Made by a program: the position numbers and the translations under genes. This document shows, in pieces, positions 29,876-44,263 of a stretch of 64,000 nucleotides of DNA. The stretch comes from the human T2T-CHM13v2.0 reference genome, Homo sapiens: the NCBI RefSeq assembly GCF_009914755.1, contig NC_060936.1; one strand, given 5' to 3'. Numbering within the stretch: the first letter of the stretch is position 1; every line of letters begins with the position of its first letter. The notes under the pieces are model-generated. The model did no database searches and had not been told where the DNA came from. It saw only the letters and a list, made by a program, of their open reading frames with translations.

Positions 29876-31472
29876 GTAGGTGTCTTGCTTTCTGTTTCCC
29901 ACCCCTTCCAGCAGGAACACAGAAACAGGGGTCTCTCTTTTTCTAATGGCAGTAGCTGCCCTGGGCCCAGGTTATAGATCAAGATGTAGATGTAGGTGTG
30001 GGTAAAGTTCCTTTCATAGCACTGAGATCTTCATATTAGGAAGGGGAACTCTGAAGTCCCTGCATTTGCTCCAGGGGGACTAACCAACCAACTCTTTAGT
30101 CTGGTGGGTTTGGCTTAACTTAGATTCAGAGATTAGGAGAAGTGGAATCACTGGTCTCAAAGGCCCTTGTTATTAGGCTGGGGACAGGAAAGTTCTTGCC
30201 CCAGGCCAGCAGGATGTCTTCTTTTTGTGGCTGGGAGAAGGGGTGAGAGAATGAGATGGGGGCTGTTGGGACGAAGGTGGTAGTGGGATCTGTGGTCTCT
30301 CCTGCTGACCATTCCCATGAACACTTCCATCCAACTCAAGTCTTGATACCGGACTCATCCAAACAAGTCAGTTTATTAGGTGAGGGGAGTTCATACTGAA
30401 ATAAAATACCCCCTTCTTCCCACACGTTGCCATTCTACAGTGATCATGAAACTTGAGAAATCCTTTTTTCCTCCAGGTTCCAAGACTATCTCCGAGGTTT
30501 GCTGGCCATGACCTCCTGTGTTTTTTCCAGGTTGGAAGTGACATCCTCTCTTTCTCACCCCACCATCACTTGTCCCTTGTCAGCTTTACTAAGGATGATG
30601 ACTGGTCTCTTATTCTATGTAATAACTAAAGCTTCTTTCTTTCAGCCAAGTCAGCATTTTAAAGAAAGGATGAATGGGATTTGTAGGACCAGGGCCTGTG
30701 GAAAATTTACTTCCTTCTGAGGGCTGTTAAGTGCCAAGAAAGTAGAACGGTGGAGACTAGACTGGTCATGTAGAATGCAGGTTTCATTGGCTGCATGGTG
30801 AACTACCTGTAGAGTACCTCTGGGATCCAGGATAGAGCAGCATAGAAATCTCTCTGATGGCAAGTGCCCAACACTGAGCCATGATTTCTGCTCTATAAAT
30901 GGATTTCTTTTCCAATACATTGTCTGCAATTTCCATGGTTAATGACCCCCTTCCCAGAACTGTCACTGTGCCCTCAGTTGCATCCCCATTTCAAAAAGCC
31001 AGCCTTTGGGAAATGCCTAAATGAGGTGAGGACCCCAGCCCTAGAGGGTACCAACGTGAGACCCTCGCAGCGAGAGATGTTAGCATCCCTCCAGCAACTG
31101 TTGATACCATCCTGTGGTGGAAGGATCTGTACCCCCCACAGACAGAAAGCTGGAGCTCTAAGACTTAAAGAATGGGATTGAGATAAGACCCAGAGAGCCA
31201 AAGTGAGACTGGGCCAGTTCTCTTTCTGGAGAAAGGGCAAGTGCCATAGAGTCTTCATTTCACAATAGCTCCTCAGGACTACCTGGCGTCAGGTGGGACA
31301 CCTGAACTCAAACTGGTACTCCCAGCTGCCTGGGGAGGCTGTGATTTGAAACAGAGCTTCCCCACCATGACCTACCCTCACCAGAACACGTTCTTCTCTT
31401 TTCCCTAGGGTGAGCTACCCAGAATTTGAGGATATTGATCAGGTATCCCACATGCCCCTGCTAAACAAATAA

Positions 31473-31779
<307 letters not shown>

Positions 31780-32664
31780 AGCATTTATTTCACAAACTTT
31801 TTTTATGGCTATACGCAAGGTGGAAGGGGGTAAAGAGCATAGGACAGGCATGCAGCCAACTGACACTAATTCATAAGCTCCTCTAGCTTTTGGGGGTTGC
31901 TTGATCATTACATTACTGTGGTGCCCAACTGGCTCCTGTGAAGACCTCTGTGCCAGTTATTAGTAAATAATATAGTTGAATGCCATTATCTGTGTAGAAT
32001 TGCTCCAGAAGCAATAAGGAGAAACAGAGGTTATCCTTGTTGCAAGCATGTTCCCAGCCCCTGGGGAGCTTACACTAGCTTCCATAGCAACTATGTCCTG
32101 ACTCCAGGCTTGTGCTAGGTGGGGGGACATTCCCAGGCCATCACAGTGGCTCCAATCGCTGCCGCTTTTGAATTGTGGATGAACAATTAGTCTTGGACTG
32201 TCACCTGAACAGTTGGAACTGCTGGACTTTTTGGTGTCCATTTGAGTAAAGTGTCTGATTTCTTTGGCATTTTAGAACATCCAGAAGGTTAGGTCCTAAC
32301 TTAGCACCATCCACTGGTGACTTGATGTCTGAGTCTGTTACTCATCGCATTTGTTTCCCTAATTGATTTTCATTCTTCCTTGTTGCCTCTTAAAGCTGTG
32401 AGTACTTTTCAGAGTCATGGGATTATCCAGATGACTTCCAAGGTTAATTCCTTTTATTTATAATCCATATGAGTTCCCAAACAAGGAAAACATTCTGTTT
32501 TGCTCAGGTCCTTGGCTGCATTGGAGATTGTGTCCTGTAAAAGAATTTTGGCATCTTTTCCCCAGGACATTTATCCCACTGTATGTGGAGATCAGCAAGC
32601 CTGTCAGTTCTGGAGGTGGGGACTTGCAGAGACTACTTGCCTTGGCCTGAATTCAGACTGCTGA

Positions 32665-32937
<273 letters not shown>

Positions 32938-33767
32938 TGATGCCCTGAATTTGATGTCTCCTCAATTCCTTTTTTTTGTTGTTTGTTTGTTTGTTTTAGG
33001 TTTGATTCTTTCCTTAAAGAATACTTTAAGCAATGTTAGGATTATCTCCAGGAGGGGCTTAACAGAGACTCAGAGGATTATAAGAGAGCCCTCAACTACT
33101 AAAGAATAACCCAGATAAGACCCTTATTGATCCTGTCCTGGGCCAGATTAATCAGCTGAGTAACAGCTTATCTCCCAGCAACGTTTAGAGCCAGCCACTG
33201 AATTGGCCTTTAGACCTCCTCCTTCATTCTCCACACTGTGGGCCTATTTGTTATCAGATAAGTCACCCACCCTGAAGAGCTGGGATCTTCTTACCTTATA
33301 TGGTGCCTATAGCCACTCAAAGCTTAGTTTCTTGCAATCTTTACCTGACAAAGTTTCGTAAGATGAAGCTGACCCAGGGGACTGTTGAGTCCAGGTACTT
33401 GGTTGAGAAAGAATAGCTTCCCTTCAGATATACTTATTAAGGCCTCATGAAGAATCTGGCAACTTTCAATTCTTTTGGAGTTAAGAGTTGGCTGCACTTG
33501 GCAATAATAGGGAAGTAGATACCTCCATATAAATTCTTATTGATAATGATGGATAGATGGAGAGAAAGGGATTAGTTGGTGCTACTATGTTCTAGATAGG
33601 GCTTTTGTGGACCATAGTTTAGGCAGACATTGAACTCTGGACCATCTGCCTTTTCATGAAAATTAGGGTAGCCTAATAGGGCAACATTTACTTCCGGATT
33701 TGCTTTGGACATTGCCCAGGGCTTCAGAGAAGATAACTACACTGGTGGATTATGAGCACATGCATAG

Positions 33768-34070
<303 letters not shown>

Positions 34071-34446
34071 ATACCTGTTTTTAAATCGAAACCTTTAAAC
34101 CTGCTCATCCTGACCCTTGCTAGGTCATACACCTTCCGCTTCTACCCCCTGCCAGTCATGCTGCTTAATTATAAATGTCTTCATTTTTTTAAAAATTGTG
34201 TGTGTGCAATTCACAGACACAGGATCAAAGAATTAAAGCCCTAGGATAGAGATAAAAAGCAGCAAATGAAACTAATTTGTAGATTGTTTCTTTTTTTTTC
34301 CTCTCTAAATTTTCTTTAAAATATCATCAATTTAAGTAAGCTAAGCTGATATGCAACCACCACTTCCCAGTAGGAAGAATTTAAGAGCTGTTGATGGAAA
34401 TATCTTAACCTATCCTAGAATTTGTGTTGTAAGAAACCCAGAACCC

Positions 34447-34751
34447 AGCCAGGCATGGTGGCTCAAGCCTGTAATCCCAGCACTTTGGGAGGCCAAGGCA
34501 GGCGAATCACCTGAGGTCAGGAGTTTGAGACCAGCCTGGACAACACAGTGAAACCCCATCTCTACTAAAAATACAAAATTAGCCGGGCATGGTGGCACAT
34601 GCCTGTAATCCAAGCTACTCACCCAGGAGGCTAAGGCAGGGAGAATTGCTTGAACCCAGGAGGTGGAAGTTGCAGTGAGCCAAGATTGTGCCATTGCACT
34701 CCAGCCTGAGCGACAGAGTGAGACTTTGTCTCAAAAAAAAAAAAAAAAAAA
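34447..34751 (+). mobile_element. AluS
   Basis: Dimer, TSD agaaacccaga. Confidence 0.92.
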
Positions 34752-35718
34752 TAGAAACCCAGACCCCAAACATTCTGGAGTTTGACTAACTAAAGGTATT
34801 TTTAGGTCTGCTCTCCCCTGAAAAATTCTGTAACTCTCAGCTCAGGCCCAGGAAGGCATAAATGTAGTTAGCATGGTGTTGAGAAAGCATCGTGGTAACT
34901 GCTCTGAGAGCTCTGGTAGAACAAGGTAAGTTTGCCTCTGGCAGAGCAGGAAAGTGTTTGACCATACGTCTAAGCCTGGAGGTCTGCAGGCTTCTTCCCC
35001 CTGGTACGGCAACATATTCAACTCTGGATTGTCCAGATAGTCCTGTTGGAATGTTGTTGTGTAACCTGCCCACTGGGGACGTGACCTGTCTGTGGAAGAA
35101 AAAGCATTGGCCTGGGAGTCAGGCAGTGGAGGTCTTTAATCTTGGCTGCAGAACTGCCAGTGTAACCCTGGGCAAATTCTTGTGTACGGGTCTCAATTTC
35201 CTCATCTATCAAATTTTGTTTTCCAATAATTCTTCCAACTGTTATTCTAATGATAAAAGTTATAGAAGATTGACATGGAAATGACAGACCTGAGGATAAT
35301 TCATTTTGGACTGTTCTGGAAGGAAAGAATGAGAATTATAAGGAAAAGTGTGGATTCAGTTGTCCAGACTCACCCAAGTTCTTGTGGCCATGGAGGGGTC
35401 CTGGTTGTAGTTAAAAGTCAGAAGGTTATTTTAGTTAAAAGTGAGAGATAGAAGGATGTATTTAAAAGATAGAGATAGAACTCACTTAAGCGAGTTCTCA
35501 TGGAGCCACAGTTCTTCTTGGGAACTGCAAGTCAGCCATGGTACTTATTGAACGTTTTCATTGTTGTTAATGTCGTGACGCATCAGATTCTCAAACAAAT
35601 GGTTTTTTGTCAACCAGGAGTAAAAGAGCTTGTCCCTCTTGGAAAGCCAATGGTGAATGAGCTGAGGAGGGGGCAGCTTGTGTGGAGTATGTGTATTTAT
35701 CTGTATTCTTTTCCATAG

Positions 35719-35788
35719 GTACCATTAAATTTGTCTGGCTTAATTTAATGGGGACTTCTGGGACCTGCAGAGACTGTAAAGGGCGAGG
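35719..35788 (+). CDS. SCN8A: SCN8A alternative exon 18N (neonatal/non-neuronal poison exon, VPLNLSGLI*)
   Basis: ttccatag|GTA acceptor, GAGG|gtaagg donor, 70 nt, in-frame TAA at 35746-35748; 3' end resembles exon 18A. Confidence 0.92.
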
Positions 35789-36080
35789 GTAAGGCTCTTG
35801 TCGTCTGTTCAGGCTCCTCTCCTTCCAGTGGAACTTCCTCACTCTCTCCCTCTCCTGTCAGCCTCTCCCCTTTTCCAACTTGTGTGTATGTTCTACCGCC
35901 TTCTCGATTTTCTCTTCCCTGTTGTTTTTTCTTCTGCCTCTCAACCACCTTTCCTTCCAGGTCGTTTGAGTCAAGTTGAAATAGGCAGCTGGTGTTACCC
36001 ACTTCCTCTACCTGGGGGGCCCAATCTGTGTCTGCAGTGCTAGGGGCTTTATTCTAACACTCTGGAACCTCTGTTTTCTT

Positions 36081-36082
<2 letters not shown>

Positions 36083-36123
<41 letters not shown>
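36083..36123. repeat. T41 homopolymer in the exon 18A polypyrimidine tract
   Basis: Seen directly. Confidence 0.95.
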
Positions 36124-36124
<1 letters not shown>

Positions 36125-36167
36125 GTTACCTTTTTTGTTTTTGTTTTTCTCTTCTGTTTCTGTGTAG

Positions 36168-36299
<132 letters not shown>

Positions 36300-36318
36300 T
36301 AAGAGCAGCTGATCCTTC

Positions 36319-36347
36319 TGCATGCCAGTGGAAACTGTTTAAGCATG
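36319..36347 (+). promoter_or_regulatory. Rbfox intronic splicing enhancer downstream of exon 18A
   Basis: TGCATG at 36319-36324, 28 nt after the donor, plus GCATG at 36343-36347. Matches the established Rbfox dependence of 18A inclusion. Confidence 0.85.
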
Positions 36348-37147
36348 CTAGAACTGATCACATGGTGGAAAGATCATTCAAACACGAATTCTGTGATGCA
36401 GCTGCTGATTTGATCCTCCACTCTCTCCCCCACACCTGCCCCGTGCAAAGGGGAATTGCGTTAAGCTGCCTCATCACATTAATATTGGCCCCACCCCCAA
36501 CAACATGCCATCGCAGAACATGTTAACATTGGCTATTCTCATTTGGCCTGGCTTACCTGTAGCACTCGGGGCGGCTTTCTGGGCTGTTGATTTAATAGGG
36601 AGAATCACCAGGTGCAAAGAAGGGGAATTGTAACCCACAGACCCACTGAAAAGCACAAGCTTCAGGCAGGGAGAGTGCTGTGTAGGGGCATCAGCCAGGT
36701 GGGGACTGTGGCCTTGGGGTCACTGAGAAAGCAGCTGAGAATGGGCTTGAAGATATGACGGCAGGCCTGGAATTGGGGATGGAGCAGAATTTGGCATGGC
36801 CCTGGGAGAAGAAATGCTTTTCTTTCTATTCAGATTCCTCTTATTGCACCTTGTTGTTCTCAGCCCAGTCCCAAATGGACTGGCAGCCTCTGTCTGATAG
36901 CAAAGCTTTTTTCCTCACCCCCAACCCCTCTGCCCATGCTGTATGGTCCCCTAACACTGTCAAAATGACAACCAGGTATGATGCTAGATGACTGAATATC
37001 AGCTAGTTCTCCTGAAATTTCTTGATACCTCCTATTCCTGCTTTGGTGATACTCCACCCAAAACAATACAAGGTGTTGTCACCCTACCAACTTAGAAACA
37101 AGGTGCCTTCTTGGTGCCATTTTCTTGTCTCTTTTGGTTTAAACAAT

Positions 37148-37194
37148 TGTGCGTGTGCGTGCGTGCACGCGCACGCACGCGCACACACACACAC
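37148..37194. repeat. Alternating purine-pyrimidine (TG/CG/CA) tract
   Basis: 47 nt of uninterrupted YR alternation. Confidence 0.9.
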
Positions 37195-39787
37195 TAAAAA
37201 GTCAATTTCTTAAAATCAAAGGGGCAACTGGCTTTGGTGGTAATAGTCCTGTGGTGATCAGAGAGAGGTCTGTTATACTTAACGAGACCAAGAAAACTCG
37301 CTTCAATTCAGATGTTGAATACATGCAGGAGAGCAAACCAGAGGATATATTTTTAAATGTGCAAACGTCAGAATGTAAGAATAAAAATTAAACTGTTACG
37401 ATAGTCTACGTGAAGCAAGACCGATTGGAAAAACTAGATACCAGGACAGTGCTGCTACGTTCATTCCTCATCTGTGATCCCTGGCTGTTACTCCGTGAAG
37501 CCACCCACAGTTGTATAGGAAGATGAAAACTTAATTGGGACTTGGGAATTTTATTATGTTAATTTATCCAGACAAATGCTTTTTGCAACAAATTCATGTT
37601 TCTTCTGTAGCACAGTCACAGTTTGGTGTACTAAATGTAAGCTTTCTGCAACTCTCCTGAAACCATCTGCAGGAAGGGCAGTTCCACAGTAGTGTAAATT
37701 TATTTTAATTTTTCAAAAAACTTGGGATTTTAAGACTTTGTCCCACAGATAAGAGAGGTTTTAGAATGTGCGCAATAAGGTCATTGCTATGCTCAGGCTA
37801 AATTTAGGAAGAGAGTTTATTACACAAGATTCAGTGGTTTAGACAGCCACGGTGAGATTGAAAATGTGGTTAAAATGTTCTTCTCTGCTCCCTGCACCTT
37901 TGCATGTTTTCCAGAGGGAGCTAATAAAATGTTTTAATAAACTATACTGGTTTTGTTATAAAGTTGGTAATCCACTTTGGTGACTGAAAAACTGAGGACA
38001 AGATGCAACCAAAAAAGTCCACTGAAGACAGTACTTGTCCTGAGCTCCTCCGCATCCCCTTACGGTGATCCCTGATCTTCCAAAAAGAGATTGGTAATAC
38101 CTGAAGAAATCCCCCCATCCCCCTACAAAAGAAATGCCCATCTGACCCATCTGACGCTTGTTACTAACTATTTCCATCTAGATGCTCATTACTGTCACTC
38201 CTGTCCAGGCAGACAGAAGCAGTCCTCATGGCCGCTGAGGCCAGTTTGCTCATGAGGCAGTTATTTGAATAACCTGGATGCAGGAGCCGTTTTGGGAGCC
38301 ACACCTCTTCCCTTTAGCTGCCCCTTCTTTCTGTACCTTTCCTGGACCCTCAGTTTCCAGTCCCCTAAAAACTTTCATTTGTCAACTTGAAAGTAGTTTA
38401 GGAGCTTGGAGGTCCCGAATGAATAATCAAAACAGTAGATAATTTTATTTGAAAAGCATTACGATGTTTTATTTGAAAAGCGTCTACATCAAGATTTTTT
38501 TCGGTAAGATAATATGGTCAAGAACAAGTTTGAACCCAAAGCTGGAATTTAAAACAATAAATGCATTAAGGGAAGCTTTGGAATAAGAGTGCCACCTCAT
38601 TTGATTGACTCCAGCCAACTAACAGACAGTATTGACCATGGCTGGTTGGACAGGTGAAAAGGGATCAGGGATCCATTCCTGCCCTGTGGGTTTCCTAGCC
38701 CTTCTGTGGGAGAGTAACTGCAAGAAGAAAAGATTGGATTTGGCTAAGCGTATAGTAAGTCCCCCAGTAATAAACAGAATTAGGTACACATGTTTTATTT
38801 AAATGTTGTTTTTCTATGGGGCATTTTTTTTTTATTCTTTGGTTTTGGTTCTTCTATATGCCAACACTTGAGAGATTACCTTTAGAATATTTTAAATAAG
38901 AAATCTTCATAAACTGAACACCATCCATGCAGATGGGCTCAACTGTCACTGTGCTGCTCCAATTACAGACTCAGAGCTTCGCTTGAGAGGGAGCATATGA
39001 CCCAAGCCTGTCCTGGGGCACTGACTTCAGTCTCCTCTTCTTCCTCAAACCAAAGACCAGGAAAACTGAAGCACTTGTGCTATAGGCAAAGGAATACTTA
39101 ATGTAGTTCTTTGCTTTTCTCTCCTCCATAGTAATCTTCATTTAAAGATTTCGCTGTGCTGTTAAATTTTTGAGGGTATATAATATTAGTGCCATGAAAC
39201 ATGCATGCATTTTTGTTGATTGTCAGTACATAGTTGTCCATTAAAGCCATGTTCCCTCTGCCAGATATTAAAAGCCAGCTGACAGATTTTATAGTATTTA
39301 TTGAGCAACAATAATGTCCGAGACATTATAGAGAAGACAAAAATACTGTAAGAATTAATATCCATTGGAATTTTCTCATCAATTAAATGGGATTTGTATC
39401 AATTGCCAAGTATAAACTTCCATTGATAAAAGTAACTTTTTATAGATTACTAAAACCTAGCTTTGAGTGATATTTCCATGTCTAGTTCTTAACAATAATA
39501 GATTTCATGATAATTAAAGGCAATGTAGAGTAACTAGAGAACTTGAGAAGAGAGGATCAAATTCATTAAGTGACTACCAGTGGAAATTTGAATTATCATT
39601 TATAATATATCTTTAGTGTGAGAGTTCAAAATAAGAAATATGATCTCTTGCCCAGTGGTTGCTGAGAATAACAGCACAATGATCATTACATATGGAGCAC
39701 AGTTAAATAGTTTCTGCTTAACATATTGCAGCTTATCAGCTAATGTTCAAAGCAAGGAAGAATTATTAGTACGTTTAATCAACTCTG

Positions 39788-40092
39788 GGCTGGGCATGGT
39801 GTCTTATGCCTGTAATCCCAGAACTTTTGGAGGCCGGGATGGGTGGATCACTTTGAGGTCAGGAGTTTGAGACCAACCTGGCCAACATGGCAGAACTCCA
39901 CCTCTACTAAAAATACAAAAATTAGCTGGGCACGGTAGCACGCACCTGTAGTCCCAGTTACTCGGGAGGCTGAGGCAGGAGAATCGCTTGAACCTGAGAA
40001 GGGCCTCCCCTTCTCAGTGAGCCAAGATTGCACCACTGCACTCCAGCCTGGTCGACAGAGTGAGACCCTTTCTCAAAAAAAGTAAATAAAAA
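39788..40092 (+). mobile_element. AluS containing a local inverted-copy scar
   Basis: Dimer; non-consensus hairpin at 39994-40017. Confidence 0.9.
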
Positions 40093-41949
40093 GTTTTCCT
40101 CTGGTTATGATTAAAGTACATTTGCATCTTATAAAACTTTGGATTTTATAGGATTTTATATCATATCAGAGAAAAAGGCTCTGAATATTTTTGTATATTG
40201 ATTCATTTGATCAAATGGATCAATATGTAAAATTTTCTATATACTTTATGAGAATAAAAGTTCAAAGAGATCACGTTAATGTTTCTTCCCTATGGTAAAT
40301 ATTAACCCATATTTAACTGTAACCCATAGTATGTGGGACAGGTTAGACTGGGTTTGAGTAGAAGCATAGTCAGAAGAGTTCCTGGAGGAAGTAGGTTCTG
40401 AATTGAGATTAAAAAGCAGCATGCCTTGGTTTCAAGTCTTTGGGGCCTACTTCCTGTGCCACATTTGTAATGGTCTAACAGAAAGTCACGATCTCCCACC
40501 TAAGGTCTGCTGTGAAATGCTGTCACATAGACTTGAGCTTTTGAATCTTTACCTAATCTACTCCCGTATTGTTTGAGAAATTATTTTTCCATTTGTGGAT
40601 CATCCTCCTTTTGCCTGTTCTTTTGCACATTTCATTGCTTTTTGGTGCTCCCGCCAAAGGGTGAGCAACTGTAGAATGAGGAGGTAAATTCAAATCTGGG
40701 TACATGACAAATTTGGTAACATAAATAAATATGAATATCATTCTCCAAAAAAAGTGAAGATTTTCCAGATTTCAGATATCCTGGCTTTCCTTGCTCAACT
40801 TAATAAACAAAGTAATAAACACTTTAATGACAGAGCTGTCAGATCTAGAAGAGATTTCTTGGTCTAAGAATTAAGAAATAACTGCCTCTCAGTCTAAAGG
40901 CCCTAATATATGAATTGGAGAAACACAAAATGAATATTTTAATCTAAAAGGAAGAGTGACTCCTTAGCAGAAGAATATCATTGCATTTTTTACACAAGAT
41001 AGAACAGGTAGCTCTGATCAGCCACATGTCCTGATGAGTGACAATGCAGTCTAAGGCAAAACCAGAAGATAAGGAAACCCTAAACTCTAAATTGTGTGCT
41101 GCTCTGACTGATACTGTAAAGCAAAATCAAAGTTGAAAACAACCCAGAAACTTTGATTCCTAAGGGGTTTTTTTCTTTTGCTTTTTTTTTATTCCTGAGC
41201 TTACTGTAGTCAGTGACTTTTTAACAATATGCCAATTTTTTTAGTTTCAAGAGCAGTAATGATCTAACCCAAAACTCTCTTAAAAACCTTAAGTCATCCC
41301 TATTTCTAATACACTGTGATGAGTGGAGTCAAGCCCTGGAATGAGCAGAGAGACGACAGCATTAGCCAAGCAGGGAGCGACTCTGATTTAAAAGCCTACA
41401 AAGTCAGAATAAAAAGGCTGGAGAAGTATAATGAACCTTGAGTGAAAGCACATCTGTTCAGATTTTATTTTATACTGTTTGGTAGAGGGAATATAGCTTT
41501 TTTTTTCTTGAGCCTGCAAAATATGCATGCTCAGCTATTGCCTGAAATAAAATAACTGGCCTTGCGTAGTCATAAAAGAGACATTATGTACTGTTAACTG
41601 GCTCTCTATTAACCACAACGGGTAGTTCTCTGTGATTTTGAACAATTATACCTTGTTTTTCAGAGGGGGAATGTCTGTTGAAAGGCAACTAGCAAGCTGA
41701 AAGTTACTCATATTTTCCCATTGGGCATATTTTATGAATTGAGGAAGAGGGAGACTGGACTAAGAAATAATTTTTCAGTCCCAGGCTGATGCATAGGAAA
41801 GAAGACCTAGGTCAGCTTGGCTGGGGAATTTGTGTTAGTCAAAATAAAGGTGTAACTTTTTAAAATTCCTTCAATATAGTCCTAGACTTAGAAATTTTTG
41901 GTCCTACTTGTCAGTCTGTCCAGTTACTCTAATTCCAAAGGGAATGTAA

Positions 41950-42378
<429 letters not shown>

Positions 42379-42949
42379 TGAAATTCAGGCAGCTAGCACA
42401 AATCCCATTTGGCTTCTTCTCAACCCTACTTCTAGAATCAGGATTATTCTCAATAAGTCCAAGAAAACAGTATTGTTCCCCAAACCAGTTTCAGAGAGAT
42501 ACCTTTCCTGAGTATTCTCTGACTTCTACAAGATCTCACTCAAAGGAAATCTCTCATTGTGCTCAGGAACAGAGCTGTGCCCAGCAACAAATAAAGATTC
42601 CTGCAGTGTAATAAAGTGGCAGAGAGATCATCTTCCCTTCCCGGTCAGAGAGTGCAGTTAAGGGCAAAAAAAATCAAGATAAGCACATAGACAAAAAAGT
42701 AATGGCAATTGTGATGGAGCAAAATAATAGTACATACTCACCACACTCCAGTTAACTTAGGAAAAAACCATGGCAGTGCCTTGGTGCCACACTCACCTCA
42801 GCTCCACCCCAGAGAAAGGTATCAGATTAATGTATCACAGTAAGGAAGGATTTAACTATCTAGATAATTTTCTTTTGCCTAATTTCATTCTTTCGTGCTT
42901 AGTTTTCACTGCCTCTCTCACCAGTGTTTCAGAATGTGTGACAAGACAA

Positions 42950-43200
42950 CATAATGCAGTGAAAGCTCGTAGGCTTTGAAATTAGACTGTTATAGATTTG
43001 AACATACTCTGATACTTACTGGATATGTAACTTTGGACAAATTATTCAGCCTCTCTGATTCTCTGTTTCTTCATCTATTAAATATAGATAATGACACTTT
43101 GCATGGTTGTTAAGAGGATTTGTGATTTTTAAAAATTTCTTAGCACAATTCCCAGCATATAACCATGCTTAATTAATGAAAATTGCTATTAAGTATTTTT
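42950..43200. mobile_element. MIR
   Basis: tgtaactttggacaaattattcagcctctctg...tttcttcatctattaaat core. Confidence 0.7.
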
Positions 43201-44209
43201 GTTACTATATTTCCATGCCTATATCATACAGTTCTTGGGAGACTAACTGCAATAACAGATGAAGCTCTCAACCTAACCTTACATATAGTAAGCACTCACT
43301 GTCAACTCATAGTAGAAGGCAAAGTTCATGGAATGAACTGTAGTTTTTCCTACCCCAAAGCTTTTTTGCTGTTGTATCCCAGTTCAAAAAATTGGACCCA
43401 CAAATTGAATCCGCATTGGAGCATCTCCAGAAAACCAGTGCACATCCACAAGCCAGTCAAACATGGTAGTCACAGAGTCCCTGCCATATGCAAGATGCTG
43501 TGCTTGACAGTACAGTACTAGGGCCCTCAGATGAATAAAGACCTTCCTGTGCCCTGAAAAAACCTTAGAATCTGGTTGAGTACATAAAACACGGTGAATA
43601 GTACATGGATTATCCATATTTGTTTCCAAAATCAGTCTAGATATAGTAGACTGAAGGAGTAGAATTGGGAAGGGACTGTCAAGGATAAAGCTGGTATTGC
43701 TACTACATAGGCTATACATGTGTATATTAGTAAAGGGTAAGTCTGATCTTGTTTTTCTGTTAAATCCAACTATGAGTTTTTCCGACCCCCATCGCTTAAC
43801 ACCTTTTTTTTTTTTTTTTTTTTGCTTACCACCTTTTTAAAAAATGATTCCTCAGTGGAATGGAATGCTAAGTTCCAAGCATTTTCAGTAGATTCCTGCC
43901 ATTCACTCATAAAAGTTTTCCCTAACTTTAGGCAGGCTTCTCAGGCCCATGTTTTTGAGTCCTTTCGTAAAGCCTTAATCCCATTACCATTTTCAACATG
44001 TTTATTTGCCAAACTTTGTTGTTATTTTCAGGAACAAAGCCCTCCTGGGACCTGTAGTAACAAACAGAAAATTCTGTGTCCAAGGGAGGCTGCACCCAAA
44101 CCCCTGTTCTGTGTTCTCACTGAACCTAAGCCTGGCCTTTGGGACCCCTGCCTAGACTCCCATCCACTCCCTTTATAGGCACCGTCTAATGACTGACTCT
44201 GTTTGCCAG

Positions 44210-44263
44210 GCAACCTTCAAAGGCTGGATGGACATCATGTATGCAGCTGTAGATTCCCGGAAG
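44210..44263 (+). CDS. SCN8A: SCN8A coding exon (~exon 23), DIII selectivity-filter K (ATFKGW)
   Basis: gccag|GCA acceptor, AAG|gtaagg donor, 54 nt. Confidence 0.96.
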
